DNA of 64,000 nucleotides from a virus, in the IMG/VR virus record IMGVR_UViG_3300037483_000793, positions 96,001-160,000 of that record. One strand, 5' to 3'. Under the pieces are notes generated by a model. That model saw nothing but the letters and a program-made list of their open reading frames with translations. It was not told the DNA's origin and made no database searches. Position numbers and translations under genes: made by a program. Shown here in pieces: positions 1-8,710 of this stretch. How positions within the stretch are numbered: position 1 is the first letter of the stretch; each line of letters opens with the position of its first letter.

Positions 1-28
1 GTCGACTACGCTGCACAACGACCCGAAC

Positions 29-265
29 ATGGTCGCCATCGATGAGCGTGGCCGTGTTCTGACCGCGCCGAGCCTGATGCGCGTGATGGTCGAGGATCGT
101 CCGGGCATGCCGCAGTTCGGTGTGCTCGTCGGCATGTTGCTCGACGAGCACGGTGACATGCAATCGGTAGTTCGGCTCGATCACTACGGCATGATGCTCA
201 AGACGTTTCATCCGTCGAAGGTCACGCCCGTCACGCCCGAGCAGGAAGAGAACTACAAGCCGTGA
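29..265 (+). CDS. hypothetical protein
   Basis: ORF with typical codon usage; stop overlaps next start (GTGA). Confidence 0.6.
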   Translation: MVAIDERGRVLTAPSLMRVMVEDRPGMPQFGVLVGMLLDEHGDMQSVVRLDHYGMMLKTFHPSKVTPVTPEQEENYKP

Positions 266-513
266 GCCGTTTTCCTGTCGATCACTACTGCCTGGCGCTA
301 CGTGACCGCGAGCGGGTGCCGCCTGGCGGTATGATTCGCGCACTCGCGAAGCGCTGTGTCTGGTTGGAGCAACGTATCGAAATCCACGCTGCACAGGGTA
401 AAGCACACCACTTCTATACGGACGAGCTAGCAGCAATTGTCAGCCTCGTCGAGGCGCAACTGAACGTGCCGTTTTTTCAAGAGCGCTTGATAACGGAACG
501 GAACCGGCCATGA
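262..513 (+). CDS. hypothetical protein
   Basis: Translationally coupled on both sides (GTGA/ATGA overlaps). Confidence 0.65.
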   Translation: MSRFPVDHYCLALRDRERVPPGGMIRALAKRCVWLEQRIEIHAAQGKAHHFYTDELAAIVSLVEAQLNVPFFQERLITERNRP

Positions 514-1037
514 TCTGGCGCGTGCCGATCGACTTGCAGCTCGTACCGACGTCGGACCGCGATCACGTTGTCAAGCCGCACCAGACACACCTACCACTGT
601 CGCCGCATCTTGGCGCCTTCGGCGTCAAGCGCACACACCATACACACGAAGGCGTCGATCTCTACTGCCCGTCGGGTACGTCGGTCTTCGCAGTCGAGTC
701 CGGTACGGTCGTGCTGGTCATGCCGTTCACTGGCTCATGCGCCGATCCACCGTCGCCGTGGTGGCGCGACACCGAGGCGGTGCTCGTTGAGGGCACCAGC
801 GGTGTCGTCGTGTACGGTGAGGTTCGCAGCAGCGTGACCGTCGGAGATCGCATCATACGCGGCGACATGATCGGCTCCGTGGTCCAGGTCTTGACCAAGG
901 ACAAGGGCTATCCGCTATCGATGCTGCATCTCGAACTGCACGCGCACGGTACACGCAGTGCATACGACTGGAACGACGAACGGCCGCCGTCGCTTCTGGA
1001 TCCAACTCCGTTTCTCATGGCGAGCTACCTGGAGTAG
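510..1037 (+). CDS. M23 family peptidase (LytM-like), possibly inactive
   Basis: HEGVD (HxxxD) followed by GTSVFAVESGTV; the HxH motif appears as MLHLE. Confidence 0.85.
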   Translation: MIWRVPIDLQLVPTSDRDHVVKPHQTHLPLSPHLGAFGVKRTHHTHEGVDLYCPSGTSVFAVESGTVVLVMPFTGSCADPPSPWWRDTEAVLVEGTSGVVVYGEVRSSVTVGDRIIRGDMIGSVVQVLTKDKGYPLSMLHLELHAHGTRSAYDWNDERPPSLLDPTPFLMASYLE

Positions 1038-1039
1038 TT

Positions 1040-1417
1040 GTGAGCGACGCACAGAAAATCGCTACGTGGATGCGCAAGACGTTCGGTCACACGATCCGTA
1101 GCGAGGTCTACGACGCGATCGAGCGCGGCGACTGGTGTGAGCCAGAACCAGCGGCGCAGCCGCTCTTGGCCCGCGACCCGAAGGACTTGACGCTGCCGAC
1201 GACGACGAACGAGTTCGCGCAGTGGCTGCGCGACATCGCGACGCAAGTCGATCGCATCCCGGATCGTCCGTTGCAGCTCGATGAAAACGACGTCGAGATT
1301 GGTTTCTACTACGGCAACGTGGTGTTCCCGCGCAAGCCGACGGGTCTGCACTTTGAGGTCAGCTTCGCGACGACCGAGTACGCTGGGCGACGACCACCGA
1401 AAGCGCATGTGAAGTGA
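1040..1417 (+). CDS. hypothetical protein
   Basis: GTG start just after the M23 stop; coupled to next ORF. Confidence 0.6.
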   Translation: MSDAQKIATWMRKTFGHTIRSEVYDAIERGDWCEPEPAAQPLLARDPKDLTLPTTTNEFAQWLRDIATQVDRIPDRPLQLDENDVEIGFYYGNVVFPRKPTGLHFEVSFATTEYAGRRPPKAHVK

Positions 1418-1584
1418 CGAAGGGTAGTGAGGTGCATGACGAGTTGGGTCGGCACGTGAAGGCGTGTCGCGTCTGCTCGAAGGTCGCCGGTCCGATCCGT
1501 GTGGACCCGCAACCGGTCTGGTTGTGCGTGTCCGGGCAGCGCATCTACAATCGCTGGCGCACGTGGTGCCTGTCGAATGACTGA
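1414..1584 (+). CDS. small Cys-containing hypothetical protein (56 aa, not in ORF track)
   Basis: Own translation MTKGSEVHDELGRHVKACRVCSK...WRTWCLSND; GTGA overlap upstream; fills the gap to 1577. Confidence 0.55.
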   Translation: MTKGSEVHDELGRHVKACRVCSKVAGPIRVDPQPVWLCVSGQRIYNRWRTWCLSND

Positions 1585-1798
1585 GATCCACATCTTCCGT
1601 GCTCGTGATCAGCCCGCAACGCGTTACCGGGTTCAGCTCGATCACACGACGTTGACGATCCAGAACCGCCGCCGATCGCAGTTGTGGGCACGGTGCTGCA
1701 AGCGTCGGCGCTACGCGCGGAACCTGTTCGCGCACGTCTACTACGACGGTACGTGGTTCTACTGTCGACCTGGCACGGGTTGCAAGCATGCCCGATGA
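1577..1798 (+). CDS. small hypothetical protein, Cys-rich
   Basis: MTEIHIFRAR... start inside track ORF 1499..1798. Confidence 0.55.
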   Translation: MTEIHIFRARDQPATRYRVQLDHTTLTIQNRRRSQLWARCCKRRRYARNLFAHVYYDGTWFYCRPGTGCKHAR

Positions 1799-1985
1799 TC
1801 TGTCGGGCTGGGGCTACTGCCGGGCGTGTCACACGATTCATGAGCGTGACGTCGACGGTTTCTTGTGCGGCGATACACGACCGCTGCCGATGGCCGTGAT
1901 CGCCGCGTTACCGTCGCGGGTCCAACGGTTCTTGGATTGGATGCGATCCCGGCTGCGACTGCGACGACTGCGACAACGCTCTTGA
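1788..1985 (+). CDS. small hypothetical protein, Zn-ribbon-like
   Basis: CRACH...FLC motif; overlaps upstream gene. Confidence 0.5.
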   Translation: MPDDLSGWGYCRACHTIHERDVDGFLCGDTRPLPMAVIAALPSRVQRFLDWMRSRLRLRRLRQRS

Positions 1986-2010
1986 CTTGTCTGTGCCCGC
2001 ACGGCATCGT
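1978..2010 (+). promoter_or_regulatory. sigma70-type promoter (TTGACT-17-CATCGT)
   Basis: GCTCTTGACTTGTC context shared with 4730 and 57833; 17-nt spacer. Confidence 0.6.
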
Positions 2011-2019
2011 GTGAAAGTT

Positions 2020-2397
2020 ATGTCGAGCACGGACAAGCTCAAGAACGTGAAGTGGCGCAAGATCCACGCGCCCACAACCTGGCGGCCGAGTGATACCGGC
2101 GAGGAGCTGATCGGCTTCTACGCAGGGCGTACCAAACGCGACGGCACCTTCGGTCAGTACGACGTCGTGATCATCGCGGTGCCGTACAAGGGCACGTTCA
2201 TGATCAGTGGTACCAAGCTGATCCAACTGTTCGATTCCGCGATGCTCACACGCGGTGAGGCTGTACGCGTGCGTTTTCTCGGGCGTCAGGACATCTCGAC
2301 CCCGGACGAGAAGCGCGAGATGAAGCTGTTCGAGCTGTTCGTCGGCGAGCTGCCGATCGAGATGGACTTGCCTGTGGAAGAGGCGCAGCCGTCGTAG
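2020..2397 (+). CDS. putative OB-fold single-stranded DNA-binding protein
   Basis: W-R-P-x-x-x-G-E-x-L-x-G...G-x-F-G...beta-rich pattern with acidic C-terminal tail (EMDLPVEEAQPS). Confidence 0.5.
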   Translation: MSSTDKLKNVKWRKIHAPTTWRPSDTGEELIGFYAGRTKRDGTFGQYDVVIIAVPYKGTFMISGTKLIQLFDSAMLTRGEAVRVRFLGRQDISTPDEKREMKLFELFVGELPIEMDLPVEEAQPS

Positions 2398-2401
2398 TGC
2401 G

Positions 2402-2599
2402 ATGCTGGACCTCGACGACAACGCACTGATCGCTCTCGGGTTGCGCGAGCACGCACAGACCTGCGATCACATTGCACAGAAGTACAACTACGGTCACGTG
2501 AACCGTGCGGCATGGACTGCTCGCGCGGTACGGTGTCGCGAGATCGCGGTGCGCTACGAGACAGCGTCGAATGCGAGCAAGCCGAGGAACCTCGCATGA
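2402..2599 (+). CDS. hypothetical protein
   Basis: ORF in co-oriented run, ATGA overlap downstream. Confidence 0.55.
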   Translation: MLDLDDNALIALGLREHAQTCDHIAQKYNYGHVNRAAWTARAVRCREIAVRYETASNASKPRNLA

Positions 2600-2892
2600 A
2601 GCCACAGTGTCCATCCGTCGTCGAGGGCACGTCGCGCTTCGTTCACGAGAACTGTCAAACCGCGGCGTGCCACTGGTGGACGAAGCGCTGTACGGCGGCT
2701 GATACGATTCCAGTCGCCGCGTTGATGCGTGGGCGCCTCCGCAAGAAGCGGTTGGCGTGCGCACTCGCAGAACGCTGTCGATGGATGCTGCAAGCGCCAG
2801 ATGGACTGTGCCCGCCCATGAAGATGGGCGAGATCTGCGAACACCAGGGTGGCACGTACAACACATCGCTGCTCGATGGCTACCCAATGTGA
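2596..2892 (+). CDS. Cys-rich hypothetical protein
   Basis: MKPQCPS... start; about 10 Cys. Confidence 0.55.
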   Translation: MKPQCPSVVEGTSRFVHENCQTAACHWWTKRCTAADTIPVAALMRGRLRKKRLACALAERCRWMLQAPDGLCPPMKMGEICEHQGGTYNTSLLDGYPM

Positions 2893-3092
2893 GAGAGCTG
2901 GGACCGGTGAAGCTCACTGAGAATCAGCGGCAGTGCCTAGAGTACGTCGCACAAGGTGACAACCCATGGTCGTTCCGTACGACGACGAAAGATTCACTCG
3001 CTCGGCACGGTTTGATCGAGCACACGTCGACAGGTTGGCGCATCACGCCAAGCGGCCGGGATTGGCTCGCGGCACACAAGGATGAATTGTGA
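2889..3092 (+). CDS. small winged-helix-like protein
   Basis: LTENQRQCL...SLARHGLIE...WRITPSGR resembles a wHTH wing. Confidence 0.5.
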   Translation: MRELGPVKLTENQRQCLEYVAQGDNPWSFRTTTKDSLARHGLIEHTSTGWRITPSGRDWLAAHKDEL

Positions 3093-3352
3093 CCCGACTG
3101 CAGCACCTGCTCTACGTTCTCGGCGCGTGGCGTTTCAAAGGCTATCGCCGTTGGATCGGTGGCCTGTGGCGCGAGCGGTTCATCGAGGCGACGCCGCACT
3201 CGTCTGAGCGCGACTGCTGGCGATGGGAACCCTGCATGCGATTCGATTCCGGCGGTCCCGCGCGCACGTACGCGTTCGAGTCATGGCCGATCAGGCCGAC
3301 CGAGCTGCCGATCGCCCGCGCGATCGCAACTCGTGATAGGAAAAGCGACTGA
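3089..3352 (+). CDS. hypothetical protein
   Basis: Coupled ORF. Confidence 0.55.
   Translation: MTRLQHLLYVLGAWRFKGYRRWIGGLWRERFIEATPHSSERDCWRWEPCMRFDSGGPARTYAFESWPIRPTELPIARAIATRDRKSD
3310..3325. promoter_or_regulatory. GATCGC-N4-GCGATC palindrome
   Basis: GATCGCCCGCGCGATC, 27 nt upstream of the LuxR gene start (inside 3' end of previous CDS). Confidence 0.7.
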
Positions 3353-3756
3353 TGTTGGACGACAAGACCAACCCACGCGGCTTCGACGACCCCAACGACA
3401 TGGCGTTCATGCACGGCGAACGGTTCTGTGGCGCTTGCCCTGAAGGCGAGGGCAGCTATCCGAACCACTGTTTGCACGGTAGCGGTGAGAACCTTGCATG
3501 CTGCTGGTGCGGCGACATGTTCGTCAGCGATACGCGACACGCGGTCCACGGCGACAACTTCCACCCGCTCACGCCGCGCGAAGTCGATGTCGTGAGGCTG
3601 ATGGCTGACGGACTCTCGAACAAGTTGATCGCGGATCAGCTCGGCATCAGTAATCACACGACGAAGTTCCACATCAGCAACATCGCGCGCAAGCTCAAGA
3701 AGACCACACGCGCGGGTATGGCGGCTGAAGCGGTTCGCCGAGGCATCTCGTCGTGA
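3352..3756 (+). CDS. LuxR-type HTH regulator with Cys/His-rich N-terminal domain
   Basis: LTPREVDVVRLMADGLSNKLIADQLGISNHTTKFHISNIARKL is a textbook LuxR/GerE HTH. Confidence 0.9.
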   Translation: MLDDKTNPRGFDDPNDMAFMHGERFCGACPEGEGSYPNHCLHGSGENLACCWCGDMFVSDTRHAVHGDNFHPLTPREVDVVRLMADGLSNKLIADQLGISNHTTKFHISNIARKLKKTTRAGMAAEAVRRGISS

Positions 3757-3953
3757 GTACGCCGCCTGAGCTTTCCGTGCTCCAAGCGCAACTCCGTGCG
3801 CTCACCGAAAAGTATCCCGGCGAAGCGATGTTCGCGATCATGGAAGTCTTGATCGAGATTGCGTGCGGCGACAATCCCGCGCTGCGCGACATCAAGCGTC
3901 GCTGGCTCTACGTCGGCATTCTCACCAAGCTCAAGGCGAAAGGACTCACGTGA
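3753..3953 (+). CDS. hypothetical protein
   Basis: Coupled ORF. Confidence 0.55.
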   Translation: MSTPPELSVLQAQLRALTEKYPGEAMFAIMEVLIEIACGDNPALRDIKRRWLYVGILTKLKAKGLT

Positions 3954-4696
3954 TCAAGCTCGCAATCGGCCTGCCAGCGTACGGCAGCAAACTCGACGTT
4001 GGTCATGCGGCAATGTGGCTCGGGGTTGGTGCAGCGCTCTGGCAAGCGCACGACAAGATCGAGTTGGCGTGGTTCAGCGAGTACCACGTCAACGGCATTG
4101 ATTTGTGCCGCAACACGATTGTCTACGACGCGATGAAAGCGGGTTGCGACTGGGTACTCATGGTCGATGCCGATACGTTCCACCGCACGACCGGCCAGGA
4201 CGGCGTTTGCGACGCGATCGGTGACGCAGGCGTCGACATCATTCAGATGGTCCGCGACGCGGACCGTGGCCAGTACGCGCACTGGGATGGCGAGAAGCAC
4301 GTGCTGAAGTCCATCGAGATTCCCGGGCCGGAGTATGCCAAGAGCGGTATCGCGTTGATCGGCGCGCCCGTGCGCGGTCGCGGCGTGGGCGACACAGGCG
4401 TCTGCGTGCAGCACAGCGACGGTTCGCAGATTCCGCTCGATCAGCTCGCGGGTAAACTCACTCACGTCTGGCGCATCGGCGGCGCGTGTATCGCCGTGAA
4501 CCTCAAGTGGTTCCGCGAGCATTGGCGCAAGGGACCGTGGTTCGAGATGGAGCACGACTACTCGGAGCGTCCCAAGAACGCGCGCGGTGAGGACTATTCG
4601 ATCTGTGACGGAATCTGGACGCGTCAGGGCGCTGTGATTTGTGATGGCCGCTTCGTGCCCTCGCACGTCGATCGGCGTCGTCTCGTCGGTGAATAG
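3950..4696 (+). CDS. GT-A/GT2-like glycosyltransferase
   Basis: IGLPAY start strand, RNxIV...A...DWVLMVDAD (DxD), C-terminal GEDYSIC. Confidence 0.75.
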   Translation: MIKLAIGLPAYGSKLDVGHAAMWLGVGAALWQAHDKIELAWFSEYHVNGIDLCRNTIVYDAMKAGCDWVLMVDADTFHRTTGQDGVCDAIGDAGVDIIQMVRDADRGQYAHWDGEKHVLKSIEIPGPEYAKSGIALIGAPVRGRGVGDTGVCVQHSDGSQIPLDQLAGKLTHVWRIGGACIAVNLKWFREHWRKGPWFEMEHDYSERPKNARGEDYSICDGIWTRQGAVICDGRFVPSHVDRRRLVGE

Positions 4697-4699
4697 CAC

Positions 4700-4715
4700 G
4701 ATCGCAAGAGCGATC
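4700..4715. promoter_or_regulatory. GATCGC-N4-GCGATC palindrome
   Basis: GATCGCAAGAGCGATC, intergenic, upstream of the recombinase operon promoter. Confidence 0.8.
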
Positions 4716-4729
4716 GCACTTGACAACTA

Positions 4730-4775
4730 GCTCTTGACTTGTCGCAAAGCAAGAGCCATGCTCAATGTCAAGAGC
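4730..4775 (+). promoter_or_regulatory. sigma70-type promoter (TTGACT-17-CATGCT) bracketed by inverted repeat GCTCTTGAC...GTCAAGAGC
   Basis: TTGACT 4734-4739, CATGCT 4757-4762; 9-bp perfect inverted repeat 4730-4738 / 4767-4775. Confidence 0.6.
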
Positions 4776-4833
4776 GGAGAGCCGCCTAGGGACCACATGA
4801 AGACTGTACAGTTGACACCCGGAAACGACTTCT

Positions 4834-5190
4834 ATGTCGGATCCTAAACGCATCCAAAGCATCTTCCAACGGCACGTCGACGCCCTTGCGCGAGAGCTGG
4901 CGCAAGAGCTGACGCAGCCCTTGGCAGATCGCTTTGGAATCTCGCTCACCGAAGCTGTAGCGCCCGTCGTCACAGCGCCGTCCACGGTAGCCACCGCGGT
5001 ACCTCTCACGAACGCGTCGCTGATCTATGATCCGCGTGCGCGCAAGTGGGGGTGTCCGAAGTGTCGCGCGTTCTCGGACCTGCGTCGCAGGGCCGTGACT
5101 ACGCACATGCGGTTCTGCACGAAGACAGCGCTTGTGCCACCGGAGCCACCGCCGAAGGTGCGCCGCAAGCCGAAAAAGACCAAGAAATGA
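4834..5190 (+). CDS. hypothetical protein with C2HC-type zinc finger
   Basis: CPKC...HMRFC; basic C-terminus. Confidence 0.65.
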   Translation: MSDPKRIQSIFQRHVDALARELAQELTQPLADRFGISLTEAVAPVVTAPSTVATAVPLTNASLIYDPRARKWGCPKCRAFSDLRRRAVTTHMRFCTKTALVPPEPPPKVRRKPKKTKK

Positions 5191-6089
5191 CCTCGCTCGA
5201 AAACGCAGTCGATCGCAGCTCCGATCTCCGGCCCCGTACCAAGGAACTTTACCTACAGCATGTTCGCGCGTTCCTCGCCTTCGTCGGTGACACACCTACG
5301 CGTGATGTCACCGAAGAACTGGTGAAGTCATGGTGCGTGAACATGCGGCGCCGTCGGATCAGCCCGCAAAGCGTGAACGTTGCGCTCACGGCGCTTCGTT
5401 ACGCGGCTGTCAACGCCCACCACAAACATCTCGCGGATCACGCACTGAAGCTGCGGCTTCCGGTCGCCGAGAACACAGAAGAGATCGACGAGACTGCGCG
5501 TGCGCTGACGTGGGACGAAGGTCGGCAGCTCGTCGGTGCCTGCAACGGGGTGCGCGGACGCGATCTGCGCGACAATGCACTCATCACACTCGGGCTTCGC
5601 ACCGGCATGCTGCGGTTCTCGATGTGCCAGCTCAAGTTCGACGACATCGATCTTCCGCACCTGACGTTTGTCAAGAAAGGCGGCGTGAAGCACGCGATCC
5701 GCCTCGACACCGTCACGACGCATGCACTGCGCGCGTGGATGCGCTGGCTCAAGGAGCGGGACATCACCAAGGGATGTCTGTTCCGTTCGCTTGGACGGCA
5801 ACGTGTCGGTCCGAGCAGCAACGCCGCAATCGGTGATCAGCTGACGCCGGATGGGCTCTACCGGGCGCTACGCGAGCGGGCACGCAAAGCCGGTCTTGAC
5901 GATCTGCACCCGCACGTGTTCCGCAAGACGTTCCTTGCGTGGGCCAAGGAAGTCGGGGCGCAGCCCAGGCAGGTCGCAGCGGTCACAGGTCACAAATCCG
6001 ACGCGGTCGGTGACGACAGCAACGGCACCGGCATCACAGTTCCGGCCAACATGTTGTTCCCGGCGTGGACGGGAAAGAAGCTCGCCTGA
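5187..6089 (+). CDS. tyrosine recombinase/integrase-fold protein lacking the catalytic Tyr
   Basis: SAM-like N-domain (RTKELY...F), RDNALITLGLRTGMLR, KKGG, HPHVFRKT, TGH; no Tyr after TGH. Confidence 0.85.
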   Translation: MTSLENAVDRSSDLRPRTKELYLQHVRAFLAFVGDTPTRDVTEELVKSWCVNMRRRRISPQSVNVALTALRYAAVNAHHKHLADHALKLRLPVAENTEEIDETARALTWDEGRQLVGACNGVRGRDLRDNALITLGLRTGMLRFSMCQLKFDDIDLPHLTFVKKGGVKHAIRLDTVTTHALRAWMRWLKERDITKGCLFRSLGRQRVGPSSNAAIGDQLTPDGLYRALRERARKAGLDDLHPHVFRKTFLAWAKEVGAQPRQVAAVTGHKSDAVGDDSNGTGITVPANMLFPAWTGKKLA

Positions 6090-6259
6090 TGTGTTGCCCC
6101 GCCTGTGAGTATCGCGCATCTGACAGGTTCGACTACGCCGCGTGGTTACGTGCAGCGGATCGCGCCATCGACAAGGGTCTCAACGCGAACGCGGTGTGGC
6201 GACTGCACGAGAAGTTCACGCGACGCGGCGACGACTGCGAGATCGGTGGTGAAGGATGA
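6089..6259 (+). CDS. small hypothetical protein (CPAC motif)
   Basis: TGATG overlap with upstream stop. Confidence 0.55.
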   Translation: MCCPACEYRASDRFDYAAWLRAADRAIDKGLNANAVWRLHEKFTRRGDDCEIGGEG

Positions 6260-6513
6260 GCTGGGTCGATAACTACTACGCGGCGATCTTCACGTGCGTC
6301 GAGCGCTACCGCACCATGGCAGAAGGGATGCCGGATGTGCTTGCGTTCCTCGACGAGTTCAAGCGCAATGTCCCGATCGTCAAGCTCTCGCGCTGGCTCG
6401 GGTACGTCCAGGGCGTCCTGATCGAACGTGGCAAGACAACGGTCACTGCCGAGCGCGACACGACGCGGTCACTGTTCCGGCCGCTCGACTACCCGCAGTT
6501 AGGCGAAACATGA
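6256..6513 (+). CDS. phage hypothetical protein
   Basis: KLSRWLGYVQGVL...ERDTTR motif that I recall from phage proteins. Confidence 0.65.
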   Translation: MSWVDNYYAAIFTCVERYRTMAEGMPDVLAFLDEFKRNVPIVKLSRWLGYVQGVLIERGKTTVTAERDTTRSLFRPLDYPQLGET

Positions 6514-7097
6514 TGCGTGAGCTAACTAAGCTGCTCGCGAAGATGGCTGAGATCGCGCCGCTGCCGTGGAAGGCTGACATCGACGACGAGAGCATCGAAC
6601 ACGCTGCGATGTGGACCGGCAAGTTCTACACGGCTGCTACGGACGCGCGCTCGACATGGACCAGCTACGACACGCCAGACGAGCGTCTGACACCCATCGC
6701 ACAGTTCATCGAAGCGGCTGTGAACGCAGTGCCGGAACTGATCGGCCGTCTACTGCCAGCGAAGAACGAGAGCCTGCTCGCGATCGAAGCGCAGAAGCTG
6801 GATCGAAGCGCAGAAGCTGATCGACGAGTGGAATCGTGGCGAGTTGAACCGCGCCGAATTCGAGATCATGATGAAAGAGTTGATCAGGGCTGCGTGATGT
6901 CGCGGAAACCGAAACCGCCGAAGACGCTACCGAAGTGGATCAAGTCGTGGTGCTGCCAAGCAGTTGCACTTCGGATGGGTGGCGATCTCCGGTGCCAGTG
7001 CTGCGGCAACATGCTGTTCGACGACTATGCCGAACAGCGGCTGATCATCGACGGTGAACCGTACGACCCCAGCGAAACTATCCCGGACCCGTTCTAG
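6510..7097 (+). CDS. hypothetical protein
   Basis: MMRELTKLL... start with ATGA overlap; C-terminal CQCC. Confidence 0.55.
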   Translation: MMRELTKLLAKMAEIAPLPWKADIDDESIEHAAMWTGKFYTAATDARSTWTSYDTPDERLTPIAQFIEAAVNAVPELIGRLLPAKNESLLAIEAQKLDRSAEADRRVESWRVEPRRIRDHDERVDQGCVMSRKPKPPKTLPKWIKSWCCQAVALRMGGDLRCQCCGNMLFDDYAEQRLIIDGEPYDPSETIPDPF

Positions 7098-7099
7098 AG

Positions 7100-7576
7100 G
7101 TGAAGATGCTGACGATTGAATGTGACGACGACGGTGGCTGTTACCGCTTGCTCGACGATGGTATCGGGCTCTGTGTCAGCAAATCGCGCAACGTGCTCGT
7201 GCGCGTTCGCGATGCACTCAACGCCGTGCGCGAGACGGGACTCGTCGGGTTGACCGTTGCATGTGGCGCGGACACAGGCGTCGTACTCGCGCTATGTAGC
7301 GGGCCGCCACAGCTTGTTGTCCGACGCGCGAACGGACAACTCCATACGTGGCTCGTAGTTGATTGCTGCGTCGTTGAGCCTGCGCGCCCCGACAAGGACA
7401 CGCCGAGCAATGAACCGGGGATTGGCGTCTACGCTGCGTGTGACTTGCTGCATCGTTGGACTGAAGCGTCGACCGGTTACGGTGTCACGCCCGAACGTGT
7501 CGAACGGGTGATGCAGCTCAAGACTGAGACGGCAAACTTCCTCAAGGCGCGTGCCGACGCGGAGCCTGTGCCGTGA
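7100..7576 (+). CDS. hypothetical protein
   Basis: Coupled ORF. Confidence 0.55.
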   Translation: MKMLTIECDDDGGCYRLLDDGIGLCVSKSRNVLVRVRDALNAVRETGLVGLTVACGADTGVVLALCSGPPQLVVRRANGQLHTWLVVDCCVVEPARPDKDTPSNEPGIGVYAACDLLHRWTEASTGYGVTPERVERVMQLKTETANFLKARADAEPVP

Positions 7577-7959
7577 CGTTCGAGAACTTCCTCACGCGCA
7601 TCGTCGACGACGGCATCAAGGCCTGCCAGGAGAATTACAAAGGCGGCGATACGAGACAGCAACAGAAACGGGAAGGTGCGACTGCGGGCTTCGAGTCGTG
7701 TCGTGGCAAGACCGTATTCGAGCTTCGCCAGCAGCTCGACATCGCACGCAAGCTCTCGGATCTGGCGTTCGTCGACAAGCAGAACTACTGGTACCACCGC
7801 TGCTTCTATGCGGAGGTCGAGTGGGTTTGCAACGTCGTCTCGGCGGCGTTAGAGAATCAGAAGCAACCCGGGATCGTCCAGGTGACCGCACGCGGCTTTC
7901 TGAAAGCCGCTGAGATTCTCGGCGTGGCACGTAACATGGAGTTGAAGGAGTTCAACTGA
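7573..7959 (+). CDS. hypothetical protein
   Basis: Strong codon bias, coupled both sides. Confidence 0.65.
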   Translation: MTFENFLTRIVDDGIKACQENYKGGDTRQQQKREGATAGFESCRGKTVFELRQQLDIARKLSDLAFVDKQNYWYHRCFYAEVEWVCNVVSAALENQKQPGIVQVTARGFLKAAEILGVARNMELKEFN

Positions 7960-8174
7960 TGTTGATGTTCGTCATCGCGCTTGTCGTCGTCGGTGTTCTT
8001 GTTTGGGCGTGGACACGTTCGAGCTATCGCGGACACGTCAACGATCTTCGCGAGTCGGTTGCCTACGAGCGGTGTATGCGCCGCCGCGAAGAAGAACGTG
8101 CCGAGGTGTTGAGCGACGCGTTGTTCGGACGCACCAAGACACGGCAACGCAGCGACACGGGGATGCGGAACTGA
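7959..8174 (+). CDS. small membrane protein (N-terminal TM helix)
   Basis: MLMFVIALVVVGVLVWAW. Confidence 0.65.
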   Translation: MLMFVIALVVVGVLVWAWTRSSYRGHVNDLRESVAYERCMRRREEERAEVLSDALFGRTKTRQRSDTGMRN

Positions 8175-8710
8175 TGACACGGAACATCGTCGATGCCCTC
8201 AAGGCCGTCATCGCGGCGCGCAACTGGGATCTCGCTGGCGAGCTGGCAGACAGCAACGACTTCGTCGACTGCCTGCGCTGCTTCAGTGCGCCACGACGAA
8301 TTCTGTACGACAACGAGACGCCGAGCGTCTACATGTGCCTGTTCTGTGCGAGCTGTTGGTACGCGCACGAGAAGCACACAGGCCCGCGTCTGCTAGGAAA
8401 AGATGGTGTGCGCTACCATCGGCGCAAACCACTCTCTGAGTGCGACGTGTGCGACGTCGTCAAGCACCACTCGATGGAAGAGGTCTGTGGCATCCAGGCG
8501 CTACGTCAAGCTGAACGACGCTACTTGGCCGCACATGGTTGGATTCGTCGCGGCGAGTTGTGGGATCCGCCATCGGATCAGCACTTCAAGTACCAGAGCG
8601 GCTACACACATAACCACGCGGTGAACACGCTCAAGAAACGCCAGGGCGAGTCGAGCCAACCGCGGCAACCGCGGAATCCGCGCTGGTCGAAGCCCAACGA
8701 CGATGAGTGA
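8174..8710 (+). CDS. hypothetical protein with CxxC pairs
   Basis: CLRC, CLFCASC, CDVC. Confidence 0.6.
   Translation: MTRNIVDALKAVIAARNWDLAGELADSNDFVDCLRCFSAPRRILYDNETPSVYMCLFCASCWYAHEKHTGPRLLGKDGVRYHRRKPLSECDVCDVVKHHSMEEVCGIQALRQAERRYLAAHGWIRRGELWDPPSDQHFKYQSGYTHNHAVNTLKKRQGESSQPRQPRNPRWSKPNDDE

Noticed and set aside
5187-6089. Functional integrase implying a prophage with att sites
   Set aside because: Catalytic Tyr is absent and no host genes or att junction are visible in the window.
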